64,000 nt of DNA from assembly GCA_965237955.1 (NCBI GenBank), contig OZ250169.1, positions 7,040,001-7,104,000 on the forward strand, read 5' to 3'. This document shows, piece by piece, positions 32,801 through 43,831 of this stretch. Below the pieces are notes generated by a model, which did no database searches, had not been told where the DNA came from, and was given only the letters and a program-made list of their open reading frames with translations. The translations under genes and the position numbers were made by a program. The stretch comes from Candidatus Marinacidobacterales bacterium. GTDB lineage: Bacteria > Acidobacteriota > Vicinamibacteria > Marinacidobacterales > SMYC01. Position 1 is the first letter of the stretch. Each line of letters opens with the position of its first letter.

Positions 32801-34329
32801 TACTCACGGACCGTTTTTGACGGAGGCGCTCGCCGAGCGCTGGGCTCTGCTTCCGTCTCAACTCGAGGCGGTACTGGAGCTTCTCGAGGGCGAAGGCCAT
32901 CTCGTGCGCGGAGAGATTCGGCCTCTCGGAGTCCGTCCGGAGTGGTGCGACCCCGAAGTGCTTCGCCGTTTGAAACGCCGGACGCTCGCGAAGTTGCGAA
33001 AAGAAGTTGCTCCTGTCGAAGCGAGTGTTCTCGGTCGTTTTCTGCCCGAGTGGCACGGTGTGCGAAAACAAATGAGCGGCAGGTTGCGGCTCGAAGAGAC
33101 GCTCTCGCAGCTCGAAGGACTTCCTCTGCCGTGGTCGTCTCTGCTCGATGTGATCCTGCCTCAGCGCGTCAAAGACTTTCGACCCGAGATGCTGGACATG
33201 CTCTCCGCCTCGGGGACGATCGTTTGGGTCGGCGTCGGAGCCCTCGGTACTCTCGGTAATCGCGACGGCCGCGTGGCTCTCTATCGCCGCGATCGAGCTC
33301 CGATATTGTTGCCACCCCGGCACGCCTACGAGCCGCAGTCCGAACTCGAGGCGAAGATCCTCACCCACCTCGCCGAGCGAGGCGCCTCTTTCACGCTCGA
33401 GTTCGCGCGCAAGACGGAAGAGTTTTCCGTCTCCGAGCTGGAAGGATCGTTGTTGAACTTAGTGTGGGCGGGACAGATCACCAACGACACCTTCTCCCCG
33501 CTCCGCGGTCTAAAAAAGCGCACGCGCCGGGGTGAGCACGGGTCGTACGCGGACGGTCGGTGGTCTCTCGTGGCCGGGCTCATCGACGAGGGCGTGATCG
33601 ACACCGAACGCGCTCACGCGCGGGTCACCATGCTTCTCGAGCGCTACGGGCTCGTCAGTCGAACCGTCGCGCTGTTCGAAGATTTGCCCGGCGGCTACAA
33701 GGTGCTCTATCCGTTGTTACGCGAAATGGAAGAGCGCGGGCGTCTACGTCGCGGCCACTTCGTCGAAGGACTGTCCGGCTCGCAGTTCGCCCTCCCGGCG
33801 GCGATCGAGCGGCTCCGTGCGGTTCGAGACCAGCTTACCAACGCAAAGAGTCCAGACGAGGAAGTAGAGGCTTATCTCGCCGTGGATCCGGCGAACCCGT
33901 ACGGCTCGATTCTTCCCTGGCCTCAGCCCGCGACCGAGCGGCGGGCACGCCCGCGCCGCGTTCCAGGCGCATGGGTGGTCCTATATAAAGGGGATTATAT
34001 ACAATAGTCACGACCGCTCCGTGACTATTGTATATAATTCCCTATATAAAGGTAGGCTCGTGCTCTACATGGAAAAAGGCGGCCGGACTCTGCTGACGTT
34101 CGGCGAGCTCACCGAGCCGGGCGTGGCGAGGGCAGCGTTCCGAAAGCTCACGACACTCCCTAGACGCCGGCCGAACCGACTCCGCATCGAGGCGATCGAC
34201 AACGATGTGCCGACGAAGAGCCCCCACGAGACGCTTCTGAGCGAGCTCGGTTTCTTCCCGGACGTCACTTCGATGGTTTATGCTGAGACGCCCACCGCTG
34301 ACAGTCAGGCCGCCGATCGGATACATTAG
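29823..34329 (+). pseudogene. lhr: Lhr-family large helicase, split near the 3' end by a MITE
   Basis: APTGSGKT, YVSPLKAL, DEIH, SAT, QRVGRAGH, RRGHFVEGL, DPANPYG; VVLYKG/RLVLYME is interrupted at 33990. Confidence 0.92.
33990..34042. mobile_element. 53-bp MITE, IS1595-family (ISNwi1-like ends)
   Basis: 23-bp TIRs GGG(G/A)ATTATATACAATAGTCACG around a 7-bp spacer; 8-bp duplication TATATAAA at 33982-33989 and 34043-34050. Confidence 0.88.
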
Positions 34330-34361
34330 GTGCAGCCAAGGAGCCAAGGAGAAAAGACCCG

Positions 34362-34685
34362 ATGGAACATACGTATGACTCACTGAAACAGAAGACCGTC
34401 GCGGAGCTCCGGGAAATCGCGGACGCCATGGACCACGAGAAAGTCCACGGTTACAAGTCGCTCCACAAAGAGGATCTCGTCAAGCTCCTGTGCGGGGCTT
34501 TGGGGATCGAGGCTCAAGAGCACCACGCGGTGGTCGGCATCGACAAGGCCAAGATCAAGGCGCAGATCCACGTTCTCAAGCAAAAACGGGCAGCCGCGAT
34601 CGAAGCACACGACGCGAAACAGCTCAAGTGGACACGCCTCAACATCAAACGCCTCAAGCACAAGATCAGACGGGCGACCGTCTGA
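34362..34685 (+). CDS. Small basic protein with Rho-N-like helix-extension-helix domain
   Basis: LKQKTVAELREIA...GYKSLHKEDLV; AGGAG RBS. Confidence 0.75.
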   Translation: MEHTYDSLKQKTVAELREIADAMDHEKVHGYKSLHKEDLVKLLCGALGIEAQEHHAVVGIDKAKIKAQIHVLKQKRAAAIEAHDAKQLKWTRLNIKRLKHKIRRATV

Positions 34686-34995
34686 GCCATCGCCCGTCTA
34701 ATCTTGTCCGCGCACCTCGAGAGGGGGTGCGGTTCTGGCAGTTCATGACTTACCCTCCATTTCTTTCGAATGACACGTCAGTGCAACACGCGTTCCGGAT
34801 CCGACAAATCCACATAACTCTTTATTATCACGTGTTTGTACGGACGAACCTCGACCGTCGCGCGGCGGAGTACGTTATTTCACCCAGTGAGAGTTGGGGG
34901 TTCTGACACACATTCGGCGCCCGACACGACGCGAAGTAAAGCTGGTACTCGTACTCCGGTACGCTTAAACTTCCGTGCCAAAGGATGCCTTCACG

Positions 34996-36585
34996 ATGAT
35001 ACGACCCCGTTTTGTGGTTCACACTCTCGCCACGGTTTTCACGATCACCACCCTCGCCCGAGCCGAAACGTTCGAGCTGACGACGGCTACCATCGCTGAA
35101 ATCAACGCTGCCTTCGACGCCGGTGCTCTGACATCGGAGCGGCTCGTCGAGCTCTGCCTCGCTCGCATCAAGACCTACGACAAGTCCGGTCCCAAGCTCA
35201 ACGCCGTCATTACCGTCAATCCGAACGCGCTCGAGCGCGCCCGTGAGCTCGACGCCGAGCGCAAACGCCAAGGCCCGCGATCCGCCATGCACGGCATCCC
35301 TGTCGTGGTGAAGGACAACTACGACACCGCCGAGCTCCCCACGACCGCCGGCTCGTTCATGCTCCAAGGCTCGCTCCCACCCGATGACGCGTTCGTGGTG
35401 AACAAACTCCGTCAGGCCGGCGCCATCATTCTCGCGAAGCTCAACATGAGCGAGTTCGCATCGGGTGGCCCGCTAAGCTCTATCGGTGGGCCCACCCGTA
35501 ACCCCCATAACCCGGCGCGATCGCCTTCCGGCTCTTCCGGCGGAACCGGCGTGGCCGTCGCCGCCGCGTACGCCCCTCTCGGGTTGGGAACCGACACCGG
35601 CGGATCGGTGCGCGGCCCCTCCGCCGCGAACGGGATCGTCGGACTCAAGACGACGCACGGCCTTCTCAGCCGGAATGGCATCGTACCGCTCGGTCTGTCG
35701 TTCGACACCGCCGGTCCGATGGCACGGAACGTTTCCGACGTCGCCACAGCACTCGGCGTCATGACCGGCATCGATCCAGCCGATGCATCGACATTCAAGA
35801 GCGCCGGCAAGTTCGATACCGATTACACCCAGTTTCTCGATAAGAACGCGCTCCGGGGCGCACGCATCGGCATCGCCCGCGACTTCCTCGAACACGATCC
35901 CGACGTCGACTGGGTCGTGGAAGCGTCCCTCGAGGCGATGCGCGCCGCGGGCGCGACCATTGTCGACGTGAGCTTTCCCGAATGGCTCCTCGAGTCCGAA
36001 AGAAAGTTCTACACCGCCATCCGCCATCGCGAGTTCCGCGCCCAGATCGAAGAATACCTGGCGACCCTCGACGAGGGTTACCCGAAAACGCTCGCCGAGC
36101 TCGTCGAGCGCTCGAACACCTTGACCTCTCCAAGCGAGCAGGGGTTCGTCCCTAACCCTTCGCGATGGAGCTTGATGAAGCGCGAAGAGGAGAGCGGCTC
36201 GCTCGAAGACTATGAATACCTCGCGATACGCGAGCACGGCCTGGCGCTCGTCCGCGCGATCGTCGACGGCATTATGAACGCCGAGAAGCTCGATGCGATC
36301 GTGTACCCAACCGCGACCCGCCGCCCGAGCCGCCGGGACGCTGATCCAGGAACGACGACGCGCGGAGCGTCCGCCGTACGGATCGCCAACATGACCGGAT
36401 ATCCCGATCTCATCGTACCCGCCGGGTTCACCGGTACGGGTCTTCCCGTGTGCCTGTCGTTTCTGGGACCAGCGTTTTCCGAGCCACACCTGCTCGCGCT
36501 CGGATACGCGTTTGAGCAAGCGACGAAAGCGCGCCGTATCCCGGTATACACTCCTCCATTGCCGGGAGAAACATTCGATTACTGA
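34996..36585 (+). CDS. Exported amidase-signature family enzyme
   Basis: HGIPVVVKDN, SGSSGG, GTDTGGSVRGP; signal peptide. Confidence 0.92.
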   Translation: MIRPRFVVHTLATVFTITTLARAETFELTTATIAEINAAFDAGALTSERLVELCLARIKTYDKSGPKLNAVITVNPNALERARELDAERKRQGPRSAMHGIPVVVKDNYDTAELPTTAGSFMLQGSLPPDDAFVVNKLRQAGAIILAKLNMSEFASGGPLSSIGGPTRNPHNPARSPSGSSGGTGVAVAAAYAPLGLGTDTGGSVRGPSAANGIVGLKTTHGLLSRNGIVPLGLSFDTAGPMARNVSDVATALGVMTGIDPADASTFKSAGKFDTDYTQFLDKNALRGARIGIARDFLEHDPDVDWVVEASLEAMRAAGATIVDVSFPEWLLESERKFYTAIRHREFRAQIEEYLATLDEGYPKTLAELVERSNTLTSPSEQGFVPNPSRWSLMKREEESGSLEDYEYLAIREHGLALVRAIVDGIMNAEKLDAIVYPTATRRPSRRDADPGTTTRGASAVRIANMTGYPDLIVPAGFTGTGLPVCLSFLGPAFSEPHLLALGYAFEQATKARRIPVYTPPLPGETFDY

Positions 36586-37175
36586 TTGACGTTAGCGGCG
36601 CGCGCGCATGTTTTATAGCGGAAACAGCTCACCACGTGGTCGTTCACCATGCCTATTGCCTGCATGTGGGCGTAGATGATGGTGCTGCCGACGAAATTGA
36701 ACCCGCGCTGTTTGAGATCTTTGCTGAGAGCGTCGGAGTGTTGGGTCTTCGCTGGAATATCTGACATTCCCCGGCGGCGGTTCACTTTGGGCTTCCCGCC
36801 GACGAACGGCCACACGTAGGCGTCGAAGCTTCCGAACTCTTTTTGGACTTCGAGGAACGCGCGCGCGTTTCTCACCGCGCTTTGGACTTTGAGCCGGTTG
36901 CGAACAATGCCGGGGTTCTCCAGAAGCTTGGTGATCTTCTTGTCGGTGAAGCGAGCCACCTTCTTGGGGTCGAAGCCGGCGAACGCCTTCCGGTACGCCT
37001 CGCGTTTGTTGAGGATCGTCGACCACGATAGCCCTGCCTGAGCGCCCTCGAGAATCAGGAACTCGAAGTGAGTGCGGTCGTCGTGAACGGGAACGCCCCA
37101 CTCTTTGTCGTGGTAGTCGATGTAGAGCTCGGAGCTACCCTTCTCCGACCACGCGCAGCGTTTGCGCGCAGGCAT
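36579..37175 (-). CDS. tag: DNA-3-methyladenine glycosylase I
   Basis: YHDKEWG, LEGAQAGLSW, GIVRNRLK, GMVNDHVVSC. Confidence 0.96.
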   Translation of the reverse strand: MPARKRCAWSEKGSSELYIDYHDKEWGVPVHDDRTHFEFLILEGAQAGLSWSTILNKREAYRKAFAGFDPKKVARFTDKKITKLLENPGIVRNRLKVQSAVRNARAFLEVQKEFGSFDAYVWPFVGGKPKVNRRRGMSDIPAKTQHSDALSKDLKQRGFNFVGSTIIYAHMQAIGMVNDHVVSCFRYKTCARAANVNQ

Positions 37176-37330
37176 CAGCTCACGTCCCGGGCGACGCGAA
37201 TCCCCATGAACTGCCAGCGCGCATCCGGGTAGTAGAAGTTCCGGTAGCTCGCGCGGATGTGATCACGCGGCGTCACGAACGAGCCACCACGCAGCACCAT
37301 CTGGTTGCACATGAACTTCCCGTTGTACTG
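37175..37330 (-). pseudogene. egtB: Ergothioneine sulfoxide synthase, C-terminal remnant
   Basis: [16 protein letters not shown]...[22 protein letters not shown]; rest of the gene absent. Confidence 0.85.
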
Positions 37331-37447
37331 AAGTAGAGATCCCCGCAGCGGCGCTGCAACCGATTGCTCGGACAATAGAAGCCTCCCCCGACTTTTATTT
37401 AATTTCCGCCTAAGGGCGCAGACGATAACGGGGTTTGCGGCGAGGTG

Positions 37448-38005
37448 TCAAGTCGACGCAGATTCGAAGCGCGCGATGGCGTCTTGTTGCTGCAACAGGA
37501 AGTCGATCTGATCGATTCCGTTCAAAAGACAGTGCCTCGCGAAACCATCCATGGGAAAGCCCGCGCTCGACCCATCCGGCAACGTAATCGCGAGCGCTTC
37601 GAGATCGACGGTCACGGAAGCGCCCGGATTGTCGAGAAGCACACGATGAGATGCTTCGTCGATCTCGACCGGCACGAGTCCGTTCTTGACGGCGTTTCCC
37701 TTGAAGATGTCAGCAATCGAGGTGCTGACGACGGCGCGGAATCCGTAATCCGTCAGCGCCCATGGTGCGTGCTCGCGCGACGATCCGGAGCCGAAATTTT
37801 CTCCGGCGACGAGGATCCGCGCACCTTCGGCTTCGGGCTGGTTGAGCACGAAATTCGGATCGTTGCGCCAATCGGCGAACAGGTTCTCACCCAGCCCTTC
37901 CTTGGTCGTGATCGTCAAGAAACGGGCGGGGATGATCTGATCGGTGTCGACGTTGTCGACGGGAAGGACGACGGTCTTCGACGTGAGCTGGCGAATAGGT
38001 TTCAT
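37448..38005 (-). CDS. leuD: 3-isopropylmalate dehydratase small subunit
   Basis: [28 protein letters not shown]. Confidence 0.96.
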   Translation of the reverse strand: MKPIRQLTSKTVVLPVDNVDTDQIIPARFLTITTKEGLGENLFADWRNDPNFVLNQPEAEGARILVAGENFGSGSSREHAPWALTDYGFRAVVSTSIADIFKGNAVKNGLVPVEIDEASHRVLLDNPGASVTVDLEALAITLPDGSSAGFPMDGFARHCLLNGIDQIDFLLQQQDAIARFESAST

Positions 38006-38009
38006 GGCG

Positions 38010-39404
38010 TTAGCCCAAAAGCTCTCGCACGTCGGCGATCGTTCCACAGATGGCCGCCGCTGCCGCCGTCAAAGGACTAGCGAGAATGGTGCGCGCGCCT
38101 TTCCCCTGCCGTCCTTCGAAATTTCGATTGCTGGTGCTGACGGCGAGCTCGCCGGGGGCGACCAAGTCGCCGTTCATCGCGATGCACATCGAACAGCCCG
38201 GCTCGCGCCATTCGGCTCCGGCGTCTTTGAAGACGCGATCGAGCCCCTCGTCGATCGCCAGTTGTTTCACCTCTTCGGAGCCGGGTACGACGAGCACGCG
38301 GACGCCAGGAGCTACTTTACGCCCTTTCATGACCGAGGCGGCGAGCCGAAGGTCGTCGAGGCGCGCGTTCGTGCAGCTTCCGATGAACACGACATCGATG
38401 GACTTGCCTATTAGGCTCTCGCCACGTTCCATCTTCATGTAGCCGAGCGCGTGGTCGGTCGCCGCATCCGGAATCGCTTCATCGATCGAGACGGACATCC
38501 CCGGGTTCGTCCCGTAGGTCACCATGGGCTTGATAATAGAAGCATCGATGCTGACGCTCTTGTCGTACACCGCGCCCGCGTCCGTCGGGAGCGTCCGCCA
38601 ATCGGCAAGCGCCCGGTCCCACGCTTCGTCTTTCGGTGCGTACTCACGTCCCTCGACGTAGTCGAGGGTCGTGTCGTCGGGCGCAATCAGTCCCGCGCGC
38701 GCTCCCGCTTCGATGGACATGTTGCAGATGGTCATCCGCTCGTCCATCGACAGCGACCGAATGCACGAGCCGGTGTATTCGATCACGTGACCGATCCCAC
38801 CACCGACACCGATCTCGCGAATGACGGCGAGAATCACATCCTTCGCGGTCACCCCGGGAGCGAGCTTGCCGTCGAGCCGTACTTCGAATGTCTTCGGCTG
38901 CCGCTGCAACAAACTCTGCGTCGCCATGACATGCCCGACTTCCGTGGTCCCGATCCCGAACGCCCACGCGCCAAAAGCGCCATGGGTACTCGTATGACTG
39001 TCCCCGCACACGATAGTGCGGCCGGGCTGCGTCAGGCCGAGCTCGGGCCCGATCACATGAACGATGCCCTGCCCCTTTTCGCCCATGGCGTAGAGACGAA
39101 CACCGTACTCGTCGCAGTTCTTCCGAAGCGTATCCACTTGCGTACGTGTTTTGTCGTCGGAGTAGAGCGGTACGTTACCGTCGAACAACGTGGGTATCGA
39201 ATGGTCCATCGTTGCGATGGTGCGATCGGGCCGTCGAAGCGGGATCTTACGGCGCCTCAGCTCGTCGAAAGCCTGGGGCGAGGTGACCTCGTGGATCAAA
39301 TGAAGATCGATGTAGACGACCGCGGGATGTTCCTCGGTCGCCGGCTGAACGAGATGTCGCTGCCAGAGTTTTTCGAAGAGCGTGCGAGGTTTCTGCTCGC
39401 TCAT
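38010..39404 (-). CDS. leuC: 3-isopropylmalate dehydratase large subunit
   Basis: [42 protein letters not shown]. Confidence 0.97.
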   Translation of the reverse strand: MSEQKPRTLFEKLWQRHLVQPATEEHPAVVYIDLHLIHEVTSPQAFDELRRRKIPLRRPDRTIATMDHSIPTLFDGNVPLYSDDKTRTQVDTLRKNCDEYGVRLYAMGEKGQGIVHVIGPELGLTQPGRTIVCGDSHTSTHGAFGAWAFGIGTTEVGHVMATQSLLQRQPKTFEVRLDGKLAPGVTAKDVILAVIREIGVGGGIGHVIEYTGSCIRSLSMDERMTICNMSIEAGARAGLIAPDDTTLDYVEGREYAPKDEAWDRALADWRTLPTDAGAVYDKSVSIDASIIKPMVTYGTNPGMSVSIDEAIPDAATDHALGYMKMERGESLIGKSIDVVFIGSCTNARLDDLRLAASVMKGRKVAPGVRVLVVPGSEEVKQLAIDEGLDRVFKDAGAEWREPGCSMCIAMNGDLVAPGELAVSTSNRNFEGRQGKGARTILASPLTAAAAAICGTIADVRELLG

Positions 39405-40960
39405 TGACCGTAGACGTCGACGAGCTCTTTCTGCCCCTCGCGCTCGGCGACCACGCGGTTGATCACGCGCAAGAACGCTTCGGCGCTCGCCCGCATAATG
39501 TCGCCGCCCACGGCTCGCCCACGGTGGCGATTTCCCAACTCTTCGATCTCAACGCTGACTTCGCCTCGGCCGTCGAGCCCACCACTGAGCCCGCGGACCT
39601 GGTAGTCGGTGAGCGAAAGCTCGGTGCCGCTCGCCCGACCCATGGCGCGGAAAATCGCTTCCACCGGACCGTCGCCGCACGCCGCTTCTTTGACGGTGCG
39701 GCGCGCGCGATCGCGCAAGCACACGGTCGCCGTCGAACCGGACTCCGATCCCGAGCTTAGGTGCAGATCGACGAGCTCCCAGATGTCAATCTCAGCGACT
39801 TTCGCCTGCGCGCCGCTCATGAGAGCGTGGAGGTCGTCATCGAGAACTTCTTTCTTGGTATCAGCGAGGGCTTTGAACTCGACGAACATCTCGCGGAGCT
39901 GGTCATCACTGAGATCATAGCCGAGCTCTTCGAGACGTTTTCTCAGCGCGTGCCGGCCGCTGTGCTTTCCGAGAACGAGCGCGTTGGAACCGAGACCGAT
40001 GTCTTCGGGCTTCATGATCTCGTACGTCGCCCGGTGTTGGATGACACCGTGTTGGTGGATGCCGGCTTCGTGAGCGAAAGCGTTCTTACCGACGATGGCT
40101 TTGTTGCGCTGCACGGCGAGCCCGCTCACCTGGCACAAGAGCTGACTCGTCGGATAGATCCGCGTGGTGTCGATTCCGGTCGAAACACAGTGGAAGTCGG
40201 CGCGCGTCTTCATCGACATCACTACTTCCTCGAGCGAGGCATTGCCCGCGCGCTCGCCGATGCCGTTGATGGTGCATTCGATCTGTCGCGCCCCGGCGCC
40301 GACCGCGGCGAGAGAGTTCGCGACCGCGAGACCGAGATCGTTGTGGCAGTGCACGCTGATCACCGAGTCGTCGATATTGCTCACGTGCTTTTTGAGGTAG
40401 GCGATGAGCTCGGCGAACTCGGTGGGCATCGCGTAGCCCACGGTGTCCGGAATATTGACCGTTCCCGCACCGGCTTCGATCGCTTTCTCGACGACCTCGG
40501 CGAGAAAGTCGGGCTCGGTGCGCGCAGCATCCTCGGGCGAGAACTCGACGTCGTCACAAAGCTCCCGCGCCATCGATACGCTCTCGACCGCGCGCCGCAC
40601 GATCTCCTCTTTCGCCATCGCGAGCTTGAACTCACGGTGGATCGCGCTCGTCGCCAGGAACACATGAAGCCTCGCCTTGGGCGCATCCTTCAACGCATCC
40701 CAGGCGCGGTTGATGTCGAGCTCGTGGCAGCGCGCGAGCCCTGCGATGACGGGACCTTCGATTTGTCGGCCGACTTCCTGAACGGCTTCGAAGTCTCCGT
40801 TGGAGGCGATCGGGAACCCAGCCTCGAGAATATCCACACCGAGCTCGGCAAGCGCCCGCGCCATCTTGAGCTTGCCCTCCAAATCCATACTCGCGCCGGG
40901 AGATTGTTCGCCGTCGCGCAGCGTGGTATCGAATATGAAGACTCGTTGCGGTTGTGTCAT
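39401..40960 (-). CDS. leuA: 2-isopropylmalate synthase
   Basis: [34 protein letters not shown]. Confidence 0.96.
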   Translation of the reverse strand: MTQPQRVFIFDTTLRDGEQSPGASMDLEGKLKMARALAELGVDILEAGFPIASNGDFEAVQEVGRQIEGPVIAGLARCHELDINRAWDALKDAPKARLHVFLATSAIHREFKLAMAKEEIVRRAVESVSMARELCDDVEFSPEDAARTEPDFLAEVVEKAIEAGAGTVNIPDTVGYAMPTEFAELIAYLKKHVSNIDDSVISVHCHNDLGLAVANSLAAVGAGARQIECTINGIGERAGNASLEEVVMSMKTRADFHCVSTGIDTTRIYPTSQLLCQVSGLAVQRNKAIVGKNAFAHEAGIHQHGVIQHRATYEIMKPEDIGLGSNALVLGKHSGRHALRKRLEELGYDLSDDQLREMFVEFKALADTKKEVLDDDLHALMSGAQAKVAEIDIWELVDLHLSSGSESGSTATVCLRDRARRTVKEAACGDGPVEAIFRAMGRASGTELSLTDYQVRGLSGGLDGRGEVSVEIEELGNRHRGRAVGGDIMRASAEAFLRVINRVVAEREGQKELVDVYGQ

Positions 40961-41130
40961 CGCTTGCTCTCCTCTGCAATGAGGCCGGGGTTGGGCCGGG
41001 AGGATAACTGATTCAGAATCAGCCCCTTAGTCGAACTTACCGACCGATAAGTAAATTAACCCAACCACCGGGCATTGTCAAGAGCGGAAGACGCACCCCC
41101 GAAAAAGCTTCTTTTTTGGAAAAGAAAAAC

Positions 41131-41290
41131 TCACCGCAGAAGCGCAAAGGACGCAGAGTTTCGCAGAGAAAAACAACGCTAGGGCCAAGCTCAAAAAAAT
41201 CGGTACGAAGTGCTCTTCCGCGACGCGGCTCTCCACGTTTACCTTTTTTTCCCTCTGCGTGCCTTTGCGTCCTCTGCGCCTCTGCGATGA
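41131..41290. repeat. REP-like palindromic element with 9-nt CGCA(G/A)AG units, copy 1
   Basis: TCACCGCAGAAGCGCAAAGGACGCAGAG ... CTTTGCGTCCTCTGCGCCTCTGCGATGA; related inverted copy at 57269-57391. Confidence 0.85.
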
Positions 41291-41309
41291 TCTTTTCTTT
41301 TCCACTGAT

Positions 41310-41338
41310 TTGACAACAATTGCCACCCTCGATAGCTT
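41310..41338 (+). promoter_or_regulatory. Sigma70 promoter, probably giving a leaderless transcript
   Basis: TTGACA-N17-TAGCTT, 6 nt before ATG 41345. Confidence 0.7.
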
Positions 41339-41344
41339 TATCAG

Positions 41345-42252
41345 ATGCGGGTGTTGGGTATCGATGCGGGAGCGACGAAGACGGAATGCCTCCTCGCGGA
41401 CGGCAAGGGAGTCGTTCTCGGGAAGGCCCGCGGCCCGGGCGGGAACTTCCAGCTGTATGACGAAGACGAGGTGGAGTTCGTGCTCGAGGACCTCACCACC
41501 CAAGTTCTTGCCGGCTATCGCGGTCCCGTGGACACGCTTTGTGTCGGGATGGCAGGCGCGGGGCGAGAACGCGACTTCCGCGCGATGCAACGCATTCTTC
41601 GCCGGATCGGGCGTGCGCGCGAAAACCTCGTCACCCATGACGCTCTCATCGCTCTCGTGGCGGGCGCCGGCGAGCAATACGGCGTCGTGCTCATCGTCGG
41701 CACCGGTGCAACTGCGTACGGTGTCAATCGCAAGGGCGTCACCGCGCGCGCGGGAGGCTGGGGCCCGCTTCTCGGGGACGAAGGCAGCGGCTACTGGATG
41801 GGGCTCCGTGCGCTTCGCGCCATCGTGCGGGCGCATGATGGCCGAGCCAAGCCGACGCTACTGAAAGAGTCCGTCCTCGGTCGCCTCGGCATCGACGACA
41901 CCGAGTCGCTCGTCCACCGCATCTATCGCGAGTTTGCCCGCGGAGAAATCGCCGCGCTCGCGCCCCTCGTCCAGCAGGCGGCTGACGTTGGTGACGAAGC
42001 AGCGCAAGCCATCGTCGATGATGCCATCCGGGAGTTCATGCGCTCGGTCGAGTCGGTCATCGGACAGCTCGAGATCGCGGGCGAGAACTTCCGCCTCGTT
42101 CTCTCCGGAGGCCTTTGGAAAGGAGTACCGGTGCTGCGCCAGGATTTCGAGCGAGTCGCGAAAAAATCGCTCCCTGGGTCACGGTGCATCTGCTCGACGT
42201 CGAGCCCGCCAGGGGCGCCGTCCAACTCGCGCTCGAGCACGGGCGGGCCTGA
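41345..42252 (+). CDS. BadF/BadG-family N-acetylglucosamine/MurNAc kinase; frameshift in A6 run at 42161-42166
   Basis: GIDAGATKT, THDALIAL, GTGA, RAGGWGPLLGDEGSG; adding one A restores ...EPARGAVQLALEHGRA*. Confidence 0.85.
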
Positions 42253-42287
42253 CGCCCCCCACGGGGGATGCCTCAGCGCAACAACTT

Positions 42288-42770
42288 CTAGTGGCCGTCT
42301 TCCAGAACCCGCCGGAGATCTCTATCGGCGGTGTCGAGGCGACGCTTCGCCTCGGCTAGCGAAACATCGAGACGGCCCATGACCACGGCAGTCTTCACGT
42401 CGTCCCTTGCAATCGAGAGCAGTTTCTCGGCGGCGTTACGATCGACGTGCGCAAGCGATTGGACCATACGCACGCCGCGATCCCGAAGCTTCGCGGACGT
42501 CGCCTTCAAGTCCACCATGTAGGGCCCGAACACTTTCTTGAGACGGATCATCGCGAGAAGCGTCATCTGGTTGAGAACGAGCTTGGTTGCCGTTCCCGCC
42601 TTCATGCGCGTGGATCCCGCGAGCACTTCGGGTCCGACTTCCGGCGCGATGACGACGTCAGCGACGCCGCGCACACGCGGACCGCAGGTGATGAGGACCG
42701 TCGCCGCGCGGTGCTCGCGCGCCACCGTGAGCGCACCGCGAACGAACGGTGTCACGCTACTCGCCGAGAT
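42288..42770 (-). pseudogene. murQ: N-acetylmuramic acid 6-phosphate etherase, C-terminal half only
   Basis: ISASSVTPFVRGAL, VGPEVLAGSTRMKAGTATKLVLN, MVDLKATSAKL. Confidence 0.9.
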
Positions 42771-42774
42771 CCGA

Positions 42775-43088
42775 GCGGACTTTTTGGATGGACGAGCGAG
42801 GAGTCCGACATAGGCCACATGGGGACCTATACGAGGTACAAAAACGGCGCTCGTCTTGCGGCCGGAATGTTCAAGATCTCCGAACAGATGGGTGACGTGC
42901 CCCCGAACTGGATGGTTTACTTCGCCGTCGATGATTGCGACGGCGCCGTCGAAAAAGCCCAACGAGCCGGAGCCAACGTCGTCGTGCCGCCTTCCGACAT
43001 CCCTGACGTGGGACGGTTCACGGTGCTCACGGATCCCCAGGGTGCGGCCTTCGCGATGATCCAGCTCAACGCGGCGGAGGAGAACTAG
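42775..43088 (+). pseudogene. VOC/glyoxalase family protein, C-terminal fragment
   Basis: LFGW...PPNWMVYFAVDDCD...PDVGRFTVLTDPQGAAF; no 5' part. Confidence 0.85.
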
Positions 43089-43094
43089 CAACGC

Positions 43095-43616
43095 ATGCGG
43101 GCGGTCGTGCTCAGCCTCGCGCTTGTGCACGGCTGCTCACCAGGACCGCCGCCAGCCGATCTCGTCTTCGTCGGCGGCCCCGTCTACACCCAGGACGAAT
43201 CGTTACCCTGGGCCGAGGCTCTAGCGGTTCGAGGGGAGACCATCGTCTCGGTGGGAGCCCGCGTCGACGTCGAGGTGTTTATCGGTGAGTCCACCCAGGT
43301 CATCGATCTCGACGGCCGGCTCCTTATTCCGAGGCTCGAAGACGATGCACTCGTCGCGATCCACAAGGCCGTGACCGGTCGAACGCTTCGGGGGACCACG
43401 ATCGCAAGGAAGCTCGAGCGCATCGAAGACGCCATCGTCGAACACACTTCGAGCCCGCTCGTCGTGGGATCGCCCGCCGATCTCACCGTCCTCCAGGAGA
43501 ACATTCTGAAAATCGCCCCCGAGCGCATTGCAGAGGCCAAAGTGGAGATGTCCGTGGTTGGTGGCAACGTCACCTACGTTGCAACGACCTTCGACCACGC
43601 TTCTCGACGACGTTAG
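43095..43616 (+). CDS. Amidohydrolase_3 (YtcJ-like) derivative lacking the catalytic barrel
   Basis: Lipobox-like leader; N-term AEALAVRG...IDLDGRLLIP joined directly to C-term ADLTVL...VEMSVVGGNVTY. Confidence 0.65.
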   Translation: MRAVVLSLALVHGCSPGPPPADLVFVGGPVYTQDESLPWAEALAVRGETIVSVGARVDVEVFIGESTQVIDLDGRLLIPRLEDDALVAIHKAVTGRTLRGTTIARKLERIEDAIVEHTSSPLVVGSPADLTVLQENILKIAPERIAEAKVEMSVVGGNVTYVATTFDHASRRR

Positions 43617-43831
43617 AGTAGGCACTCCCACGAGAGGTATGACATGAAAACGTTGCACGGGGCCGGACAGGGGCAGGGGCAGGGGTCATTTGATCGGCTG
43701 CACCCAAGTTGCGGCGGCTGGTATAGTCCATTAGAGTACGGCTCCAAAGTCTAGAGCGCCGGACCACCGATAGCGGAGATATCTGGTATCTCCAGCTGTT
43801 TGAGTGACTTAACTTCAACAGGAGGTGCGCT

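Noticed and set aside
34807-34835. dif-like site AATCCACATAA-N7-TTATCACGTGT
   Set aside because: Spacer is 7 nt rather than 6 and the XerD arm is poor
40961-41130. Leucine attenuator upstream of leuA
   Set aside because: No Leu-rich leader peptide or terminator/antiterminator pair found
42288-43130. 280-aa ORF as a full-length murQ
   Set aside because: Its first ~120 aa are antisense to the VOC fragment and lack the MurQ N-terminal motifs
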